Below are positions 20,159 to 30,893 of a stretch of 64,000 nucleotides of DNA, in pieces. Origin of the DNA: Hyphomicrobium sp. Lineage in GTDB: Bacteria > Pseudomonadota > Alphaproteobacteria > Rhizobiales > Hyphomicrobiaceae. How positions within the stretch are numbered: position 1 is the first letter of the stretch; each line of letters begins with the position of its first letter. The position numbers were made by a program, and so were the translations under genes. Below the pieces are notes generated by a model that saw nothing but the letters and a program-made list of their open reading frames with translations, was not told the DNA's origin and ran no database searches. Location: NCBI GenBank assembly GCA_036559705.1, contig DATBSP010000113.1:655-64654 (forward strand), given 5' to 3'.

Positions 20159-20881
20159 TCAGTCTTCCTTCAGAAGACGCGTCGCGACCGGATAGAGCCC
20201 CTCCTGGCCGAGCATCCACACGTGCATGCCGTCATGGCCGAACAGCGGCTCAAACGGTTCCTCGAGGATGTTGAGCCCGCCCGCATACGTGCCGAACGCC
20301 GGCATGACGAGACGGCGCCCGTTGCCGACGAAGCATGGCCGGCGCAGCGTATAGCCGTACATCGACAACTTGGCGGCGGGGTGCAGGTGTCCGGCGATCT
20401 CGTGCGTGACGTGTCCGGGGCGCGGCTCGTGGCGCAGCACGATGCCTTCGACCTCTATATCGCCGATGACGCTGCCGCCGAGACGCTTGGCGACCTGGGG
20501 GTCGTGATTGCCTGTCACCCAGAGCCACTCGCGGTCCTCCTGCATGATCTGCAGGATCTCGAGCTCCTCCAGACCGATGCGCCCCGCGGCCTCGACGTCG
20601 TGCAGGCTGTCGCCGAGAGCGATGACGGTACCGGCGGCGTAGCGGTCGATGGCGGCGGCGAGCTTGCGCAATGTCTCGCGCGTGTCATAGGGCGGCACGA
20701 GTTGCCCGCGCTTGGCGAACGCCGAGCCCTTCTCGAGGTGCAGATCGGCGACGATGAGAGCATCCTCGCTCGGCCAATAGAGCGCGCCCGACATGTCGGC
20801 GCGAAACAGTTTGCCGCAAATGGAGATTTCCTGATCCTGGAAGTCGTCGAAGGCGAGGCGCTCAGGTTTCAGCTCGAGCAT
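20159..20881 (-). CDS. pdeM: Ligase-associated DNA damage response metallophosphoesterase/endonuclease
   Basis: VADLHLEKG, PPYDT, LGDSLHD, GNHD, GHLHP, PAFG-x-YAGGLN. Confidence 0.93.
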   Translation of the reverse strand: MLELKPERLAFDDFQDQEISICGKLFRADMSGALYWPSEDALIVADLHLEKGSAFAKRGQLVPPYDTRETLRKLAAAIDRYAAGTVIALGDSLHDVEAAGRIGLEELEILQIMQEDREWLWVTGNHDPQVAKRLGGSVIGDIEVEGIVLRHEPRPGHVTHEIAGHLHPAAKLSMYGYTLRRPCFVGNGRRLVMPAFGTYAGGLNILEEPFEPLFGHDGMHVWMLGQEGLYPVATRLLKED

Positions 20882-23448
20882 TGCGTCTCCTCTAACGTCT
20901 CGTGCGACTTAGATTGGGCGGCGGCCTCACGCAGCAGCTCCTCGCGGGCGAAACCAGCGACGGCCTCCCTGCCGATCTCCAGGAGGATCGGCACCGAAAG
21001 GGGGGATAGCCTGACCAACGGTTGATGCCTGATTCTGCCGTCGATGCGGCGCAGAAAGTCGCCCAGTCGCGCGATGTCCAGAAGGCCTGTGGCCGCGTCG
21101 GCCCAGGTAGCCTCCAAGAGAATGTGGTGCGGGTCGTGCCGGCGCAGGACGTCGTAGATGAGATTGGTCGACAGGGCGACCTGGCGCCCCGTTTTCTCGC
21201 GGCCCGGATGACGACGTTCAACGAGGCCGGCGATTACCGCTACCTGCCGGAACGTGCGTTTCATCAGGTTCGACTCCGCCAGCCACGCGTCTAGATCGTC
21301 ACCGAGCATATCCTGATCAAACAGCTCGTCGAGATTGAGCTTGCCGGAGGCGATGAACGCCGAGATGTCGCCAAGACACCACAGCGCCATGCCGTAGTCG
21401 TTCGCGACGAAGCCAAGGGGTCCGGCGCCGATGCGGTCGAGGCGGCGCGTCAGCAGCATGCCGAGCGTCTGGTGGGCAAGCCGCCCCTCGAACGGATAAG
21501 CGACGAGGTAGTGGCAGCTGCCGCGGGCGAACGTTTCGATCAGCACCTCGTCGCGGCCGGGAATGACCGAGCGCTGTTTCTGCAGCTCGAGCCAATAGGC
21601 GACGGAAGGCGGCAGCCGGCTCCATGCGTTGTCGTCGGCGAGCATGGCGCGCACGCGATTCGCGAGGTGCGTCGATAGCGGGAACTTGCCGCTGTTGTAG
21701 CTGGGGATGATGGGATCGCGCGCCGTGGCGCGGGTGACGAAGGCTTCGTTCTCGCTCATTCCTTCAAAGCGCAGCACCTCGCCGGCGAGCACGAAGGCGT
21801 CGCCCGGGCGCAGCTGCTCGATGAAGTATTCGTCGACCTCGCCCATGATGCGCCCGCCTGTCATGGCCTTGCGCGTGGCGGCGGCGCGGCGCCCAACGAG
21901 GCGCACCTTGATCAGCGGCGCGGCGACGATCGTGCCGGCGTTCATGCGATAGGCCTGCACGAAGCGTGGACGTGCGATGCGCAGCTTTCCGTCGGGCGCC
22001 GGCTTCAATTTCGCATAACGCTCATACGATTTGAGCGCATAGCCGCCGTCGGCAACGAAGCCGAGAACGCGGTCGAAGGTCTCGCGCTCAATTGGTGCGT
22101 AAGGCGCAGCCGAAATGACTTCGGCGTACAGCGCGGCGGGATCGAAGTCTCCGGCACACGCGGTGCCGAGGATGTGCTGCGCCAACACGTCGAGCGCGCC
22201 CTGGCGCGAGAAAGTGACGTCCTGCTCGCCGGCCTCGGCCGCATCAACGGCGGCCCGGCATTCCAGCACCTCGAAGCGGTTTGAAGGCACGAGGATGGCC
22301 TGCGAGGGCTCATCGAGCCGGTGGTTGGAGCGGCCGATGCGCTGGATGAAGCGGCTGGCGCCCTTCGGGGCCCCCACATGAATGACGAGGTCGACGTCGC
22401 CCCAGTCAATGCCGAGATCGAGCGTCGAGGTGGCGACGACGGCGCGCAGGGTTCCCGCCGCCATCGCCGCCTCGACCTTGCGCCGCTGCAGGGCGTCGAG
22501 CGAGCCGTGATGCAGCCCGATCGGCAGCCCGAGATCGTTTATGCGCCACAGGTCCTGGAACAGCAGCTCCGCCTGCATGCGCGTATTGACGAACAATAGG
22601 CTCAGGCGGTGGGCCTCGATCGCCGCATAAATTTCGCCGATGGCGTAGCGCGTCGTATGCCCAATCGACGGCATGGTCTCATCGAGCTCGAGAATGTCGA
22701 TCTGAGGTTTCGCGCCGCCGCCGGCGAGCACGAGGTCGGCCATCTCGATGTGCGAGTGCGGCGCCTGCTGCGGCACTAGATAGGCGCGCAATTCCGACGG
22801 CCGCGCCACCGTCGCCGACAGCCCGACGGTGCGCAGTTCTGGGGCGAGCGCCCGCAGGCGTGCGAGCGACAGCGAGAGGAGGTCGCCGCGCTTGGTCGCC
22901 GCGAGCGCGTGGATTTCATCGAGGATGACCGTATCGATATCAGCAAACAAGTCGGCGCTGTCGGCGTGGCTGAGCAGCAACGTCAGCTGCTCCGGCGTCG
23001 TCATCAAAATGTCGGGCGGCGTACGCCGCTGTCGTGCACGGCGTGCCACCGACGTATCGCCGGTGCGCGTCTCGGTACCGATCTTGAGCTGCATTTCGGC
23101 GATCGGCGCCATCAGGTTGCGCGCGACGTCGACCGCCAGCGCCTTCAGCGGCGAAATGTAGAGCGTGTGCAGGCCGCGGCCCCTGTTGGCGCGCGTCCGT
23201 TGCGCAAGGCTCAGAAGGCTCGGCAAGAAGCCGGCAAGAGTCTTGCCGGCGCCGGTTGGGGCGATAAGAAGGGTCGAGCGGCGCCGTCGGGCCGCTTCGA
23301 TCAGCGCCAGCTGATGCGCCCGTGGCGTCCAGCCCCGCGCGGCGAACCAGCCGGCGAACGGTTCGGGCACGGTCGGGGCGACAGGGGCCCCCGCCTGCTC
23401 GCGCGAGCGGCGGACCGTGGGGGCGGAAGCTCGTCTCGTGGTTCTCAT
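20869..23448 (-). CDS. Ligase-associated DEXH-box helicase (Lhr-core)
   Basis: APTGAGKT, YISPLKAL, RTGDT, TTPE, DEIH, GLSAT, HHGSL, LDLGIDWG, QRIGRSNH. Confidence 0.95.
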   Translation of the reverse strand: MRTTRRASAPTVRRSREQAGAPVAPTVPEPFAGWFAARGWTPRAHQLALIEAARRRRSTLLIAPTGAGKTLAGFLPSLLSLAQRTRANRGRGLHTLYISPLKALAVDVARNLMAPIAEMQLKIGTETRTGDTSVARRARQRRTPPDILMTTPEQLTLLLSHADSADLFADIDTVILDEIHALAATKRGDLLSLSLARLRALAPELRTVGLSATVARPSELRAYLVPQQAPHSHIEMADLVLAGGGAKPQIDILELDETMPSIGHTTRYAIGEIYAAIEAHRLSLLFVNTRMQAELLFQDLWRINDLGLPIGLHHGSLDALQRRKVEAAMAAGTLRAVVATSTLDLGIDWGDVDLVIHVGAPKGASRFIQRIGRSNHRLDEPSQAILVPSNRFEVLECRAAVDAAEAGEQDVTFSRQGALDVLAQHILGTACAGDFDPAALYAEVISAAPYAPIERETFDRVLGFVADGGYALKSYERYAKLKPAPDGKLRIARPRFVQAYRMNAGTIVAAPLIKVRLVGRRAAATRKAMTGGRIMGEVDEYFIEQLRPGDAFVLAGEVLRFEGMSENEAFVTRATARDPIIPSYNSGKFPLSTHLANRVRAMLADDNAWSRLPPSVAYWLELQKQRSVIPGRDEVLIETFARGSCHYLVAYPFEGRLAHQTLGMLLTRRLDRIGAGPLGFVANDYGMALWCLGDISAFIASGKLNLDELFDQDMLGDDLDAWLAESNLMKRTFRQVAVIAGLVERRHPGREKTGRQVALSTNLIYDVLRRHDPHHILLEATWADAATGLLDIARLGDFLRRIDGRIRHQPLVRLSPLSVPILLEIGREAVAGFAREELLREAAAQSKSHETLEETQCSS

Positions 23449-23576
23449 CGGGGGTGGTACGCGACGCTCCGTTGTCGAAACGGCTTTGCAACTATGCTAA
23501 GGGCGGGTGGCCATGTCACGAGGCCTAATGGGGTCGGCGCTGCCCGTCCGCCACTGATCGAGAGGAGAACGACCCG

Positions 23577-23876
23577 ATGGACCGCAACACGTTCCTTGGC
23601 GGCAACGTCCTAGGCGTTCTGGTTCGCCTGATCGTGCTCTCGATCGTCGTTGGTGTCGTGCTGTCCGCGCTCGGTATCACGCCGGACAATATCCTCTACC
23701 GCATAAACGAGCTGCTCCGGCGGATATACGATCTGGGCTTCGGCGCCATCGAGTCCGTGCTCGGCTACTTGATTCTCGGCGCCATGGTCGTGGTGCCGAT
23801 CTGGTTCATATCTCGCTTGATCAAAACAATGCGGCGATCCGATGTGCCGCCGCCACCGCGTGGCGGTGCGGTCTAG
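23577..23876 (+). CDS. Small membrane protein (DUF6460-like)
   Basis: AGGAG RBS; FLGG...RLIVLSIVVG...YLILGAMVVVPIW. Confidence 0.85.
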   Translation: MDRNTFLGGNVLGVLVRLIVLSIVVGVVLSALGITPDNILYRINELLRRIYDLGFGAIESVLGYLILGAMVVVPIWFISRLIKTMRRSDVPPPPRGGAV

Positions 23877-24964
23877 GCCTCGAGCGGTTTGGCGGCCCAC
23901 GCCGCCGCGTCGCGTCCGACGAGATCGGCGATAGACCGTGCGCCGGTGCGTCGCACCGCGGCGGCGAGTTCGTCCTTGATGCGCTGAATGAGGCCGGGGC
24001 CCTCGTAGATCAGTCCGGTGTAGAGCTGCACCAGGGTGGCGCCGGCCTCGATTTTGGCGAGCGCCGTGGCGCCGCTGTCGATGCCGCCGATGCCGATCAG
24101 AGGAATTTCTCCCGCCGTCGCCTGATGTACGCGCGCAAGCACGATTGTGGAGCGATGAAACAGCGGCCGCCCCGACAGGCCGCCGGCTTGACGCGCGTTG
24201 GGGTCGCTCAGTCCGCGGCGGGAGAGGGTCGTGTTGGACACAGCGACGCCGTCGATTTTCTGCGCGGCAAGCTGCATGATGATGGCGCCGAGCTCGTGCT
24301 CGGCGATGTCGGGTGCCAGCTTGACCACGATCGGGCGCTTCGGCTTCCCCGCATCCATTTGCTTGGCACGTGCCGACAGCAGACGCTGCAGCAGCGCCGC
24401 GAGCGCGCCAGGATCCTGCAGGTCGCGCAATCCGGGCGTGTTGGGCGAGGATATGTTGATCGTGAAGTAACTTGCGACATCGTAGAACATCTCGAGACCG
24501 CGCACGTAATCGGCGACGCGGTCAGTCGAATCCCTGTTGGCGCCGATGTTGACGCCGACCACCCCGGGGCCAACCCGACGCTGCAGCCGGGAGAGCGCGG
24601 CCTGATGTCCGCCGTTGTTGAAGCCGAGCCGGTTGATGACGGCGCGGTCGCGCGGGAGACGGAAGACGCGTGGTCTCGGATTGCCAAGCTGCGCAAGCGG
24701 CGTCACGGTGCCGATCTCGGCAAAGCCACAGCCAAGCCGCAGAACGGCGTCGGGTACGCGCGCGTCCTTATCGAAACCGGCTGCAATTCCAACGGGGTTT
24801 GGCAGCGAGAGGCCCGCGAATGCGACGGCGAGGGAAGCCTCGTCGCGCCCAGGCGCGGCCGGAAATACGCCGAGCTCCAGCGACTTGATCGTCAGCTCAT
24901 GTGCTTCCTCGGGGGAAAGCAGGGCGAGTGCGCGCGGTGCATAATCGAACAGCGTTCTTAGCAT
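23873..24964 (-). CDS. pyrD: Quinone-dependent dihydroorotate dehydrogenase
   Basis: NPVGIAAGFDK, INRLGFNN, NISSPNTPGLR, KLAPD, SNTT, GGLSG. Confidence 0.97.
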   Translation of the reverse strand: MLRTLFDYAPRALALLSPEEAHELTIKSLELGVFPAAPGRDEASLAVAFAGLSLPNPVGIAAGFDKDARVPDAVLRLGCGFAEIGTVTPLAQLGNPRPRVFRLPRDRAVINRLGFNNGGHQAALSRLQRRVGPGVVGVNIGANRDSTDRVADYVRGLEMFYDVASYFTINISSPNTPGLRDLQDPGALAALLQRLLSARAKQMDAGKPKRPIVVKLAPDIAEHELGAIIMQLAAQKIDGVAVSNTTLSRRGLSDPNARQAGGLSGRPLFHRSTIVLARVHQATAGEIPLIGIGGIDSGATALAKIEAGATLVQLYTGLIYEGPGLIQRIKDELAAAVRRTGARSIADLVGRDAAAWAAKPLEA

Positions 24965-25320
24965 GCCGCGAATTCCTCAGGCAGCATTGGCATGCCGTCA
25001 ATCCCCAGTGTAAGCGCATGCACCGCTTCAGTATTCGCGGTAAGCAGTGGAGCATATAGGTGCGGAAAGGCACCGCCGCCGCGGGAGACTTCCCACCGCA
25101 GATCCTCGCCAAGCAGGCGCGTCTCGATCTGGATCAACACGAGATCATGTTTGCCGTGGAAGTGCTTGGCCAGCGTGTCCGCAAGTTGTTCGCGCGTCGA
25201 CAAGTGGATAAAGCCGTCGCGCAAATCGTCAGCCGAGCCAGCAAATGCGCCGCTGCGACAGGCGTCGTCCCACGCCGCGCGAGCGGCGACCTTGAAGACG
25301 AATTGTCGAGAGGCCGTCAT
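24958..25320 (-). CDS. DUF952 family protein
   Basis: DGFIHLS, LRWE-x-SRGG, FPHLY; usual position upstream of pyrD. Confidence 0.92.
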   Translation of the reverse strand: MTASRQFVFKVAARAAWDDACRSGAFAGSADDLRDGFIHLSTREQLADTLAKHFHGKHDLVLIQIETRLLGEDLRWEVSRGGGAFPHLYAPLLTANTEAVHALTLGIDGMPMLPEEFAAC

Positions 25321-25562
25321 CGCTTGTCCGAATGCTCGCGCCGCGCAAGCTGTTTCTCGGCCAGCGGGCGCGCTGTTTGCGCGCGCGTCGCCGCGCCGCG
25401 CGCTTGTCGCATTTGATCAACACTGCGCGAACTACGTTCGCCGGATATGTGCTTTTCTGAGATCGCGTCTGTCGCGATGCATATAGTCATGTTACCTTCA
25501 TGAAAGTGGCGTTCAGCGGCTCAGCTCGACGTCGCGAAGGCCAACACAAATAATGAATCGCG

Positions 25563-27314
25563 ATGTTCCCTGGTCTGCCAACAGCGTCCCTGACTCTAAC
25601 AAATCTCTTCTCCTCCCCCTTCCACTTTTCCGTGCCCTGTTACCAGAGGCCGTATTCGTGGACCACATCGGAAGCCGGCCAGCTCCTCGAGGATATCCTC
25701 GCCGCCGCTGGAATTGGCGGTGGGATGGGCGCCGAAGAGCCCGACTACTTTTTGGGGACGATTCTGCTCCTTGACGGCGCGGGCGGTGATCTCCCGAAGG
25801 CGCGCGAGCGCGAGCCGCGACTGTTCGAGATCATCGACGGCCAACAGCGGCTCGTGACCTTGGCGATGATCGCCGCCGTCCTGCGCGACCTTGGTACCGA
25901 GCGCTGGCGCTGGGGCTCGCGCCACCGCCTCGATCTGCTCATTGTCGCGGACGCCGTCGCCACCAAGCAGCACGGTGTGAAGTTCCGTGTCGAGGTGAGT
26001 GCGCGCGAGCAGAAGTTCCTCGAAAACTATGTGCAAGTGCGCGGCGGTTGCGCGGGAACCCCCGACGAGGAGACGGCGAGTGAGGCCGAGGAGCGCCTGT
26101 TGAAGGTGCGCGATCATTTCATCCGCGAGCTGTCACTGCTCGACGAGACGGATCGCCGGCGGCTGGCCGACTATCTTTGCGACCAATGCCATTTCGTCGT
26201 CGTGCTGACGCGCGACATCGACCGAGCGCACCGTCTGTTCACTGTGCTCAATGAGCGCGGCCGAGCACTTCAGCGCAACGACATCCTCAAGGCGGAACTG
26301 CTCAAGAGCATACCGGAAGGCCGAGTGCCAGCGGCACTCGAGAAGTGGAACAGTGCCGCGCAACTACTCGGCGCGAAATTCGAAACGTTCTTCAGCCATG
26401 TGTTCAGCATCTATGGCCGCGGCGACACGAAGATCATCGCCGGTGTTCGCCGTACCATTCGCGAAACGGGCGGAGCAGAGGCGTTCCTCAATGATGTCGT
26501 CGGGCCGCTGTCCAAGGCTTACGACACGGTGCTGCGCGCCGCCGACGTCAATCGCAACCTCGATCCGGATGCGCGCCGCTATCTTGTCTATCTCGGCCGC
26601 TTGCCGGAGGGCGACTGGGCGCCGGCGGCGATCCTGGCCGTGCATCAATACGCCGACGATCCCAAGCGTGCGACGCTGCTGCTGCGGGAGATCGACCGCC
26701 TTGTGCACCTACTGCGCGTGCTTTGTCTCGGCACAGGCAAGCGTGTGCGCCGCCTCGGCAATGTGGTGCAATTGATCAAATCGGGCACGCCGGTGAGAGC
26801 GGGCGAAGGTCCATTTCAGCTGACTCGCGATGAAGTGCGCAATATCGGTTACCACCTGCGCACGATGTACCGGCGCGATGCGCAGGTGTGCAAGCAGCTG
26901 CTCTTGCGCCTCAACGATGAGCTGACGCGCAGCACGACGGTGCTCGACCCAAAGGACTACAGCGTCGAGCATGTACTCCCACAGCGTCCTGGGGCGACGA
27001 GCGAGTGGCGTCGCTGGTTTGCCGACGCCGAGGAGCGCGAGGCGTGCACCGAGAGCCTCGGCAATCTCGTTGCCGTGTCGCAGAAGCAGAACGACCGGGC
27101 ACGCAACCAAGAATTTTCGCGCAAGCGCGAGATCTATCGCGGCACGGACGACGATCCCCCCGTCCTGGCAATAACGCGCGACGTTGTCGAGGCCAACGTT
27201 TGGCGCGCCCTCGAGGTCCGCGCCCGTGAAGCCAAGCTGCTCGGCCTGATGCACGACATCTGGGGCATCGACGTCTCGGGCATGCTGGGCGGGGCACGCA
27301 GCGACGTCGCCTAG
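25563..27314 (+). CDS. DUF262 + DUF1524 (GmrSD-like) protein, putative modification-dependent nuclease
   Basis: VPCYQRPYSW, YFLGTI, IIDGQQRL, FTVLNERG (DUF262); VEHVLPQ...LGNL...N (DUF1524 His-Me finger). Confidence 0.9.
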   Translation: MFPGLPTASLTLTNLFSSPFHFSVPCYQRPYSWTTSEAGQLLEDILAAAGIGGGMGAEEPDYFLGTILLLDGAGGDLPKAREREPRLFEIIDGQQRLVTLAMIAAVLRDLGTERWRWGSRHRLDLLIVADAVATKQHGVKFRVEVSAREQKFLENYVQVRGGCAGTPDEETASEAEERLLKVRDHFIRELSLLDETDRRRLADYLCDQCHFVVVLTRDIDRAHRLFTVLNERGRALQRNDILKAELLKSIPEGRVPAALEKWNSAAQLLGAKFETFFSHVFSIYGRGDTKIIAGVRRTIRETGGAEAFLNDVVGPLSKAYDTVLRAADVNRNLDPDARRYLVYLGRLPEGDWAPAAILAVHQYADDPKRATLLLREIDRLVHLLRVLCLGTGKRVRRLGNVVQLIKSGTPVRAGEGPFQLTRDEVRNIGYHLRTMYRRDAQVCKQLLLRLNDELTRSTTVLDPKDYSVEHVLPQRPGATSEWRRWFADAEEREACTESLGNLVAVSQKQNDRARNQEFSRKREIYRGTDDDPPVLAITRDVVEANVWRALEVRAREAKLLGLMHDIWGIDVSGMLGGARSDVA

Positions 27315-27330
27315 CGACCGGCGGACGCGC

Positions 27331-28983
27331 TCAAGCCGCCTTGGTCAGTTCGCCGTTCAATGCCTTGTCGATGAGAGTGCGCGTCTCCTTGACGCCATAG
27401 AGCTCGATGAAGCTGCCGAAACGCGGCCCCTTCGCCTCGCCCAGCAGCACCTCGTAGATGGCGTTGAACCAGGCGTTGGAAACGCCCGGCCGTTCCGCTG
27501 TCGCACTCTTGGCGTTGGGATCCTGATAGCGCGGAATAGAGCGCCCGACGTCATAGATCAGCCCCTGCAGATCCTCGGCCGTGGCGCCAGGCGGCGCACT
27601 CTTCAAAGCCTCCGACAAGGCGAGCAGGGCTGCCGCCTCGACCTCGTCGGCACGGCGGTACTTCTTGTTCGGCTTTACGAAATCCGCGTAGTAGCGAACC
27701 GCGTATCCAGCCAATTGTTCGAGCAGCGGATGCGTCTGTGGGCTGACGCCCTTCACATGGCGGCGAATGAAGCCCCACAGCACGTCCTTGTCCTCGGCGT
27801 TCGAGGCAGCGACGAGGTTGAGCATCAGCGCGAAGGTCAGCGGCATGTCGGCGGCTGGCGGATGACCTGAGTGGACGTGCCAGACGGCATTGTCGAGCTT
27901 GGCCTTGTCGTCCTGGCGCGCATAGGCGGCGAGCAACTGAATGTACTCATCGACGGCGCGCGGGATCACGTCGAAGTACAGGCGCTTCGCCGACTTCGGC
28001 TTCTGGAACATGAACAGCGACAGGCTCTCGGGGCTCGCATAGCGCAGCCACTCGTCGATAGTCAGCCCGTTGCCCTTCGACTTGGAGATCTTCTCGCCCT
28101 TGTCGTCGAGAAACAGCTCGTAGTTGAAGCCTTCCGGCGGCGTGCCGCCGAGCGCCTTGCAGATGCGCGAGGAAAGCGTGACGGACTCGATGAGATCCTT
28201 GCCCGCCATCTCGTAGTCGACGCCGAGCGCCGTCCAGCGCAGCGCCCAGTCCGCCTTCCACTGGCACTTTACGGCGCCGCCGGTGACGGATGTCTCGACC
28301 GTCTTGCCAGTATCAGGATCGACGTAGACGATCGTCCCCTTCTTCGGATGCCGTTCGATCATCGGCACCTGCAGCACGCGCCCGGAGGTCGGTGACACGG
28401 GTAGGAACGGCGAGTAGGTTGCGCGCCGTTCGGGCCCGAGCGTGGGCAGGATGATGTCCATGACTTTGTCGTAGGCCTTGAGCATCTTCAGCAACGTCTC
28501 GTCGAAGCGCCCCGACCGGTAGGCTTCGGTTGCCGACATGAACTCGTAGGCGAAGTCGAAGCGATCGAGGAAGGCACGCAGCATCGCGTTGTTGTGGTGT
28601 GCGAAACTGTCGAACTTGCCGAACGGGTCGGGCACGGCAGTCAGCGGCTTGTCGAGCGCCGCGTGCAGCATTTCCTGATTGGGAACGTTGGACGGTACCT
28701 TGCGTAACCCGTCCATGTCGTCTGAGAAGCAGAGAAGACGCGTATTCCAGCGCCCCTCGGTGAGCAGCTCGAAGGCGTGGCGCACCATGCTGGTGCGCGC
28801 CACTTCGCCGAAGGTGCCAATGTGCGGCAACCCCGATGGGCCGTAGCCTGTCTCGAAGATCACCGTCTTCTCGGCGCCTCCTTTCAGCTTCTCGAGGCGT
28901 GCGATGAGGCGGCGGGCCTCCTCGAAGGGCCAGGACTTGGCGTCGGCGAGTGCGGACGAGGCGGCAGCGTCGGGTGGCGACAT
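27331..28983 (-). CDS. lysS: Lysine--tRNA ligase, class I
   Basis: [14 protein letters not shown] (HIGH-like), KISKSKGN (KMSKS-like), GPRFGSF. Confidence 0.97.
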   Translation of the reverse strand: MSPPDAAASSALADAKSWPFEEARRLIARLEKLKGGAEKTVIFETGYGPSGLPHIGTFGEVARTSMVRHAFELLTEGRWNTRLLCFSDDMDGLRKVPSNVPNQEMLHAALDKPLTAVPDPFGKFDSFAHHNNAMLRAFLDRFDFAYEFMSATEAYRSGRFDETLLKMLKAYDKVMDIILPTLGPERRATYSPFLPVSPTSGRVLQVPMIERHPKKGTIVYVDPDTGKTVETSVTGGAVKCQWKADWALRWTALGVDYEMAGKDLIESVTLSSRICKALGGTPPEGFNYELFLDDKGEKISKSKGNGLTIDEWLRYASPESLSLFMFQKPKSAKRLYFDVIPRAVDEYIQLLAAYARQDDKAKLDNAVWHVHSGHPPAADMPLTFALMLNLVAASNAEDKDVLWGFIRRHVKGVSPQTHPLLEQLAGYAVRYYADFVKPNKKYRRADEVEAAALLALSEALKSAPPGATAEDLQGLIYDVGRSIPRYQDPNAKSATAERPGVSNAWFNAIYEVLLGEAKGPRFGSFIELYGVKETRTLIDKALNGELTKAA

Positions 28984-29146
28984 AGATCGGCAGCTTCTGG
29001 GGTTGGGGCGAAATGGCCGGACGGTGGTAGTGGAACGCGGGGAACCCTATGTTCCCGCCGGCGCCTACGTCAACGCCGTTGCTTGCAGCCGACGCCGATG
29101 ACGCGGCATAGGCCGTTTGGTACGACGAACCGGGAGATGATCTCAC

Positions 29147-29578
29147 GTGCGAGCCGAAAACAAGGTGAAGGCGCAGCTCTCGCCGCAGGAAGCGCTCATC
29201 TATGCAATGGTGACCGTGGCCGCCGCCGACCGGACAATATCCGAGCACGAGCTGGCGCGCATCAATACGATGGTGCGTGAGCTGCCGGCATTCCGTGGTC
29301 TCGAGGAGACCTGGCTCAGCCGCGAGGCGCAGAACTGCGGAAAGATCCTCAGCAAGCCCGGCGGAGTAAATAGCGTCGTGAGCATGGTCGTCGAGGCGCT
29401 CCCGCCCGGCCTGCGCGAGACAGCCTATGCGCTAGCAGCAGAGGTGGCGGCGAGCGATCTAGCCATCAAAGACGACGAGCGAGATTTCCTCGCGCTGCTG
29501 GCTGAAGGACTAGGGATTGACCCGCTCGTGCGCGCGGCGCTGGAACGTGGCGCACACGCCCGCCACCGGCCTGTGTAG
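29147..29578 (+). CDS. TerB family protein
   Basis: ALIYAMV...AAD..I...E; LRETAYALAAEVAASD; AALERGA. Start uncertain. Confidence 0.85.
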   Translation: MRAENKVKAQLSPQEALIYAMVTVAAADRTISEHELARINTMVRELPAFRGLEETWLSREAQNCGKILSKPGGVNSVVSMVVEALPPGLRETAYALAAEVAASDLAIKDDERDFLALLAEGLGIDPLVRAALERGAHARHRPV

Positions 29579-29699
29579 CACCCTGCAACGATGGAGGATC
29601 GCTCCGTCGTGCACTGCGCGCGCCATCACGACAGTTTGATAATTGCTGCGTCGCACGCGCTCCCTCCATGGAGGCTCGCAAACAATCGAAGTGATTTCG

Positions 29700-30781
29700 T
29701 AACCCATTCGCGGTGGCGCGCATCGGCGGCGACGAATTTGCACTCGTTCAGGTGGGCGATTTCAAGGACGAGGACTTGCTCCGCCCGCGCTCGCCAAATC
29801 ATCGATCTCATCGGCCAGCCCTACCTAACATGTGGTCACCGCCTGGAGCTTGGCGCCAGCGTCGGAATCGCGCTCGGCCCCGAAGATGGTAACACCGCCG
29901 ACGAGCTCATTCAGGACGCTGCGCTCGCCATGCGACGCGTGAAGGAGTTAGGGCAAGGATCCTATATCTTCTACGAGAAGGAGCTTAATGCACGCATGCA
30001 GGCGCGCCGGCGCGCCGAGGCAGAGTTGCGTGATGCCCTCCTTCGCGAGCAGTTCGAGCTCTACTTTCAGCCCGTTATCGACTTGCAGTGCTTAGTGGTA
30101 CAGGGCGCCGAGGCGCTGCTGCGCTGGCATTACCCCGAGCGCGGCATGACCTCGCCATCGGAGTTCATTCCCCTGGCGGAGGAATGCGGGGTTATCGAGC
30201 AGCTCGGCGCTTGGGTGATCCGCAATGCATGCCTCGCCGCCGCCAAATGGCCGGGCAACCTCACCGTCGCGGTAAATCTGTCTCCTTTACAGGTCGATAA
30301 TCCGGGGCTTGTGCGCGTCGTCGCCGCAGCGCTCGCCGAGACCGGCCTCGACCCCTCGCGCCTCGAGCTCGAGATCACCGAGTCCGTTCTTTTGCATGAC
30401 AGTGCAGTCAACATCGCCGTCCTCGATGAGCTGAGCGACCTCGGCGTTTCGATCGCGCTCGACGACTTCGGCACCGGCTACTCCTCGCTCAGCTATTTGC
30501 ACCGCTTCTCGTTCGACCGCATTAAGATCGATCACTCTTTCATTCGCGACATCACCCGTAACGACGGCTCGCTGAAGATCGTGCGAGCGATCGTCATGCT
30601 GGCGCACAGCCTTGGTCTCGCGATCACTGCCGAGGGTGTGGAAACCGACGAGCAGCTTGCTGCCGTTCGGGGTGAGGGATGCGACGCCGTGCAGGGCTAC
30701 TACACCGGTGAGCCCGCACCGATTGCCGTCTTCCTCGATCGGGTGGGAGTTCCCGGCACACAGCGCGTTTCGGCTGCTTGA
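29700..30781 (+). pseudogene. 5'-truncated, frameshifted GGDEF-EAL gene; EAL domain intact
   Basis: VARIGGDEF at 29713-29739 lies in a different frame from the 29591..30781 ORF and has a TGA at 29692 upstream. The downstream frame has GASVGIA, AEALLRW, VNLSP, LEITES, DDFGTGYSS and AEGVE. Confidence 0.85.
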
Positions 30782-30893
30782 GCTAGCACAAAATCCCTCG
30801 CACTTCCGCCACCCAATGGTTACATTGTTGCACTTCGCCGCCCTATGGGGCACCAACAAATGTGGGCCGGTGAACCCGTTCTGGGAGAAAACA

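Noticed and set aside
27331-28983. Class I LysRS as a sign of archaeal transfer
   Set aside because: Class I LysRS is common in alphaproteobacteria.
29147-29578. TerB as part of a tellurite-resistance or defence cluster with the DUF262 gene
   Set aside because: No other ter genes are present, and a lone terB beside lysS is a usual Rhizobiales arrangement.
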